Virus record (IMG/VR): IMGVR_UViG_3300017978_000329
Span: 1-26,929 of that record
DNA: 26,929 nucleotides
Reading direction: 5' to 3' (one strand)
From: a virus
Taxonomy: Duplodnaviria > Caudoviricetes
This document shows, piece by piece, positions 26,910 to 26,929 of the stretch. The first letter of the stretch is position 1, and each line of letters begins with the position of its first letter. The translations under genes were made by a program, and so were the position numbers. The notes beneath the pieces are model-generated. The model made no database searches. It was not told where the DNA came from and saw nothing but the letters and a program-made list of their open reading frames with translations.

Positions 26910-26929
26910 ATAGACCCTTCGGGGTCTAT
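26910..26929 (+). terminator. Intrinsic terminator hairpin (U-tract beyond window edge)
   Basis: ATAGACCC-TTCG-GGGTCTAT: perfect 8-bp stem with a C(UUCG)G loop after the last gene. Confidence 0.82.

Noticed and set aside
26875-26910. Superficial resemblance to a preQ1-type riboswitch
   Set aside because: It lacks a convincing P1 stem and A-rich 3' tail, and lies at a 3' end before a terminator.

Overview
This is a structural (late) gene region of a large T4-superfamily myophage, distantly related to T4 itself. The gene order resembles my recollection of RaK2/GAP32-like and aquatic T4-like phages, which I could not verify. It contains: the 3' part of a very long tail fibre with a C-terminal autocleaving chaperone; a minus-strand block (neck gp14-like, tail terminator gp15-like, NUDIX hydrolase); a 9.1-kb accessory fibre/adhesin cassette (collagen fibre, Mtd_N-capped multi-propeller protein, LamG-like tip protein, HxH-type 2OG-Fe(II) oxygenase); then gp13, dNMP kinase, an antisense degenerate HNH, an enlarged tail sheath, tail tube, a tube-like baseplate protein, gp4, a probable terminase small subunit and two probable head-internal proteins. 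The main signal is a TAA(A/G)TA late-promoter motif in front of ten genes. In five of them it sits only 4-7 nt before an ATG with no Shine-Dalgarno, suggesting a leaderless-mRNA programme alongside SD-led transcripts for sheath and tube. Also notable are nested domain insertions in the adhesin and the oxygenase translationally coupled to the fibre cassette. No tRNA, CRISPR, integrase or reverse transcriptase was seen. All homology calls come from motif recognition by eye, not database searches.
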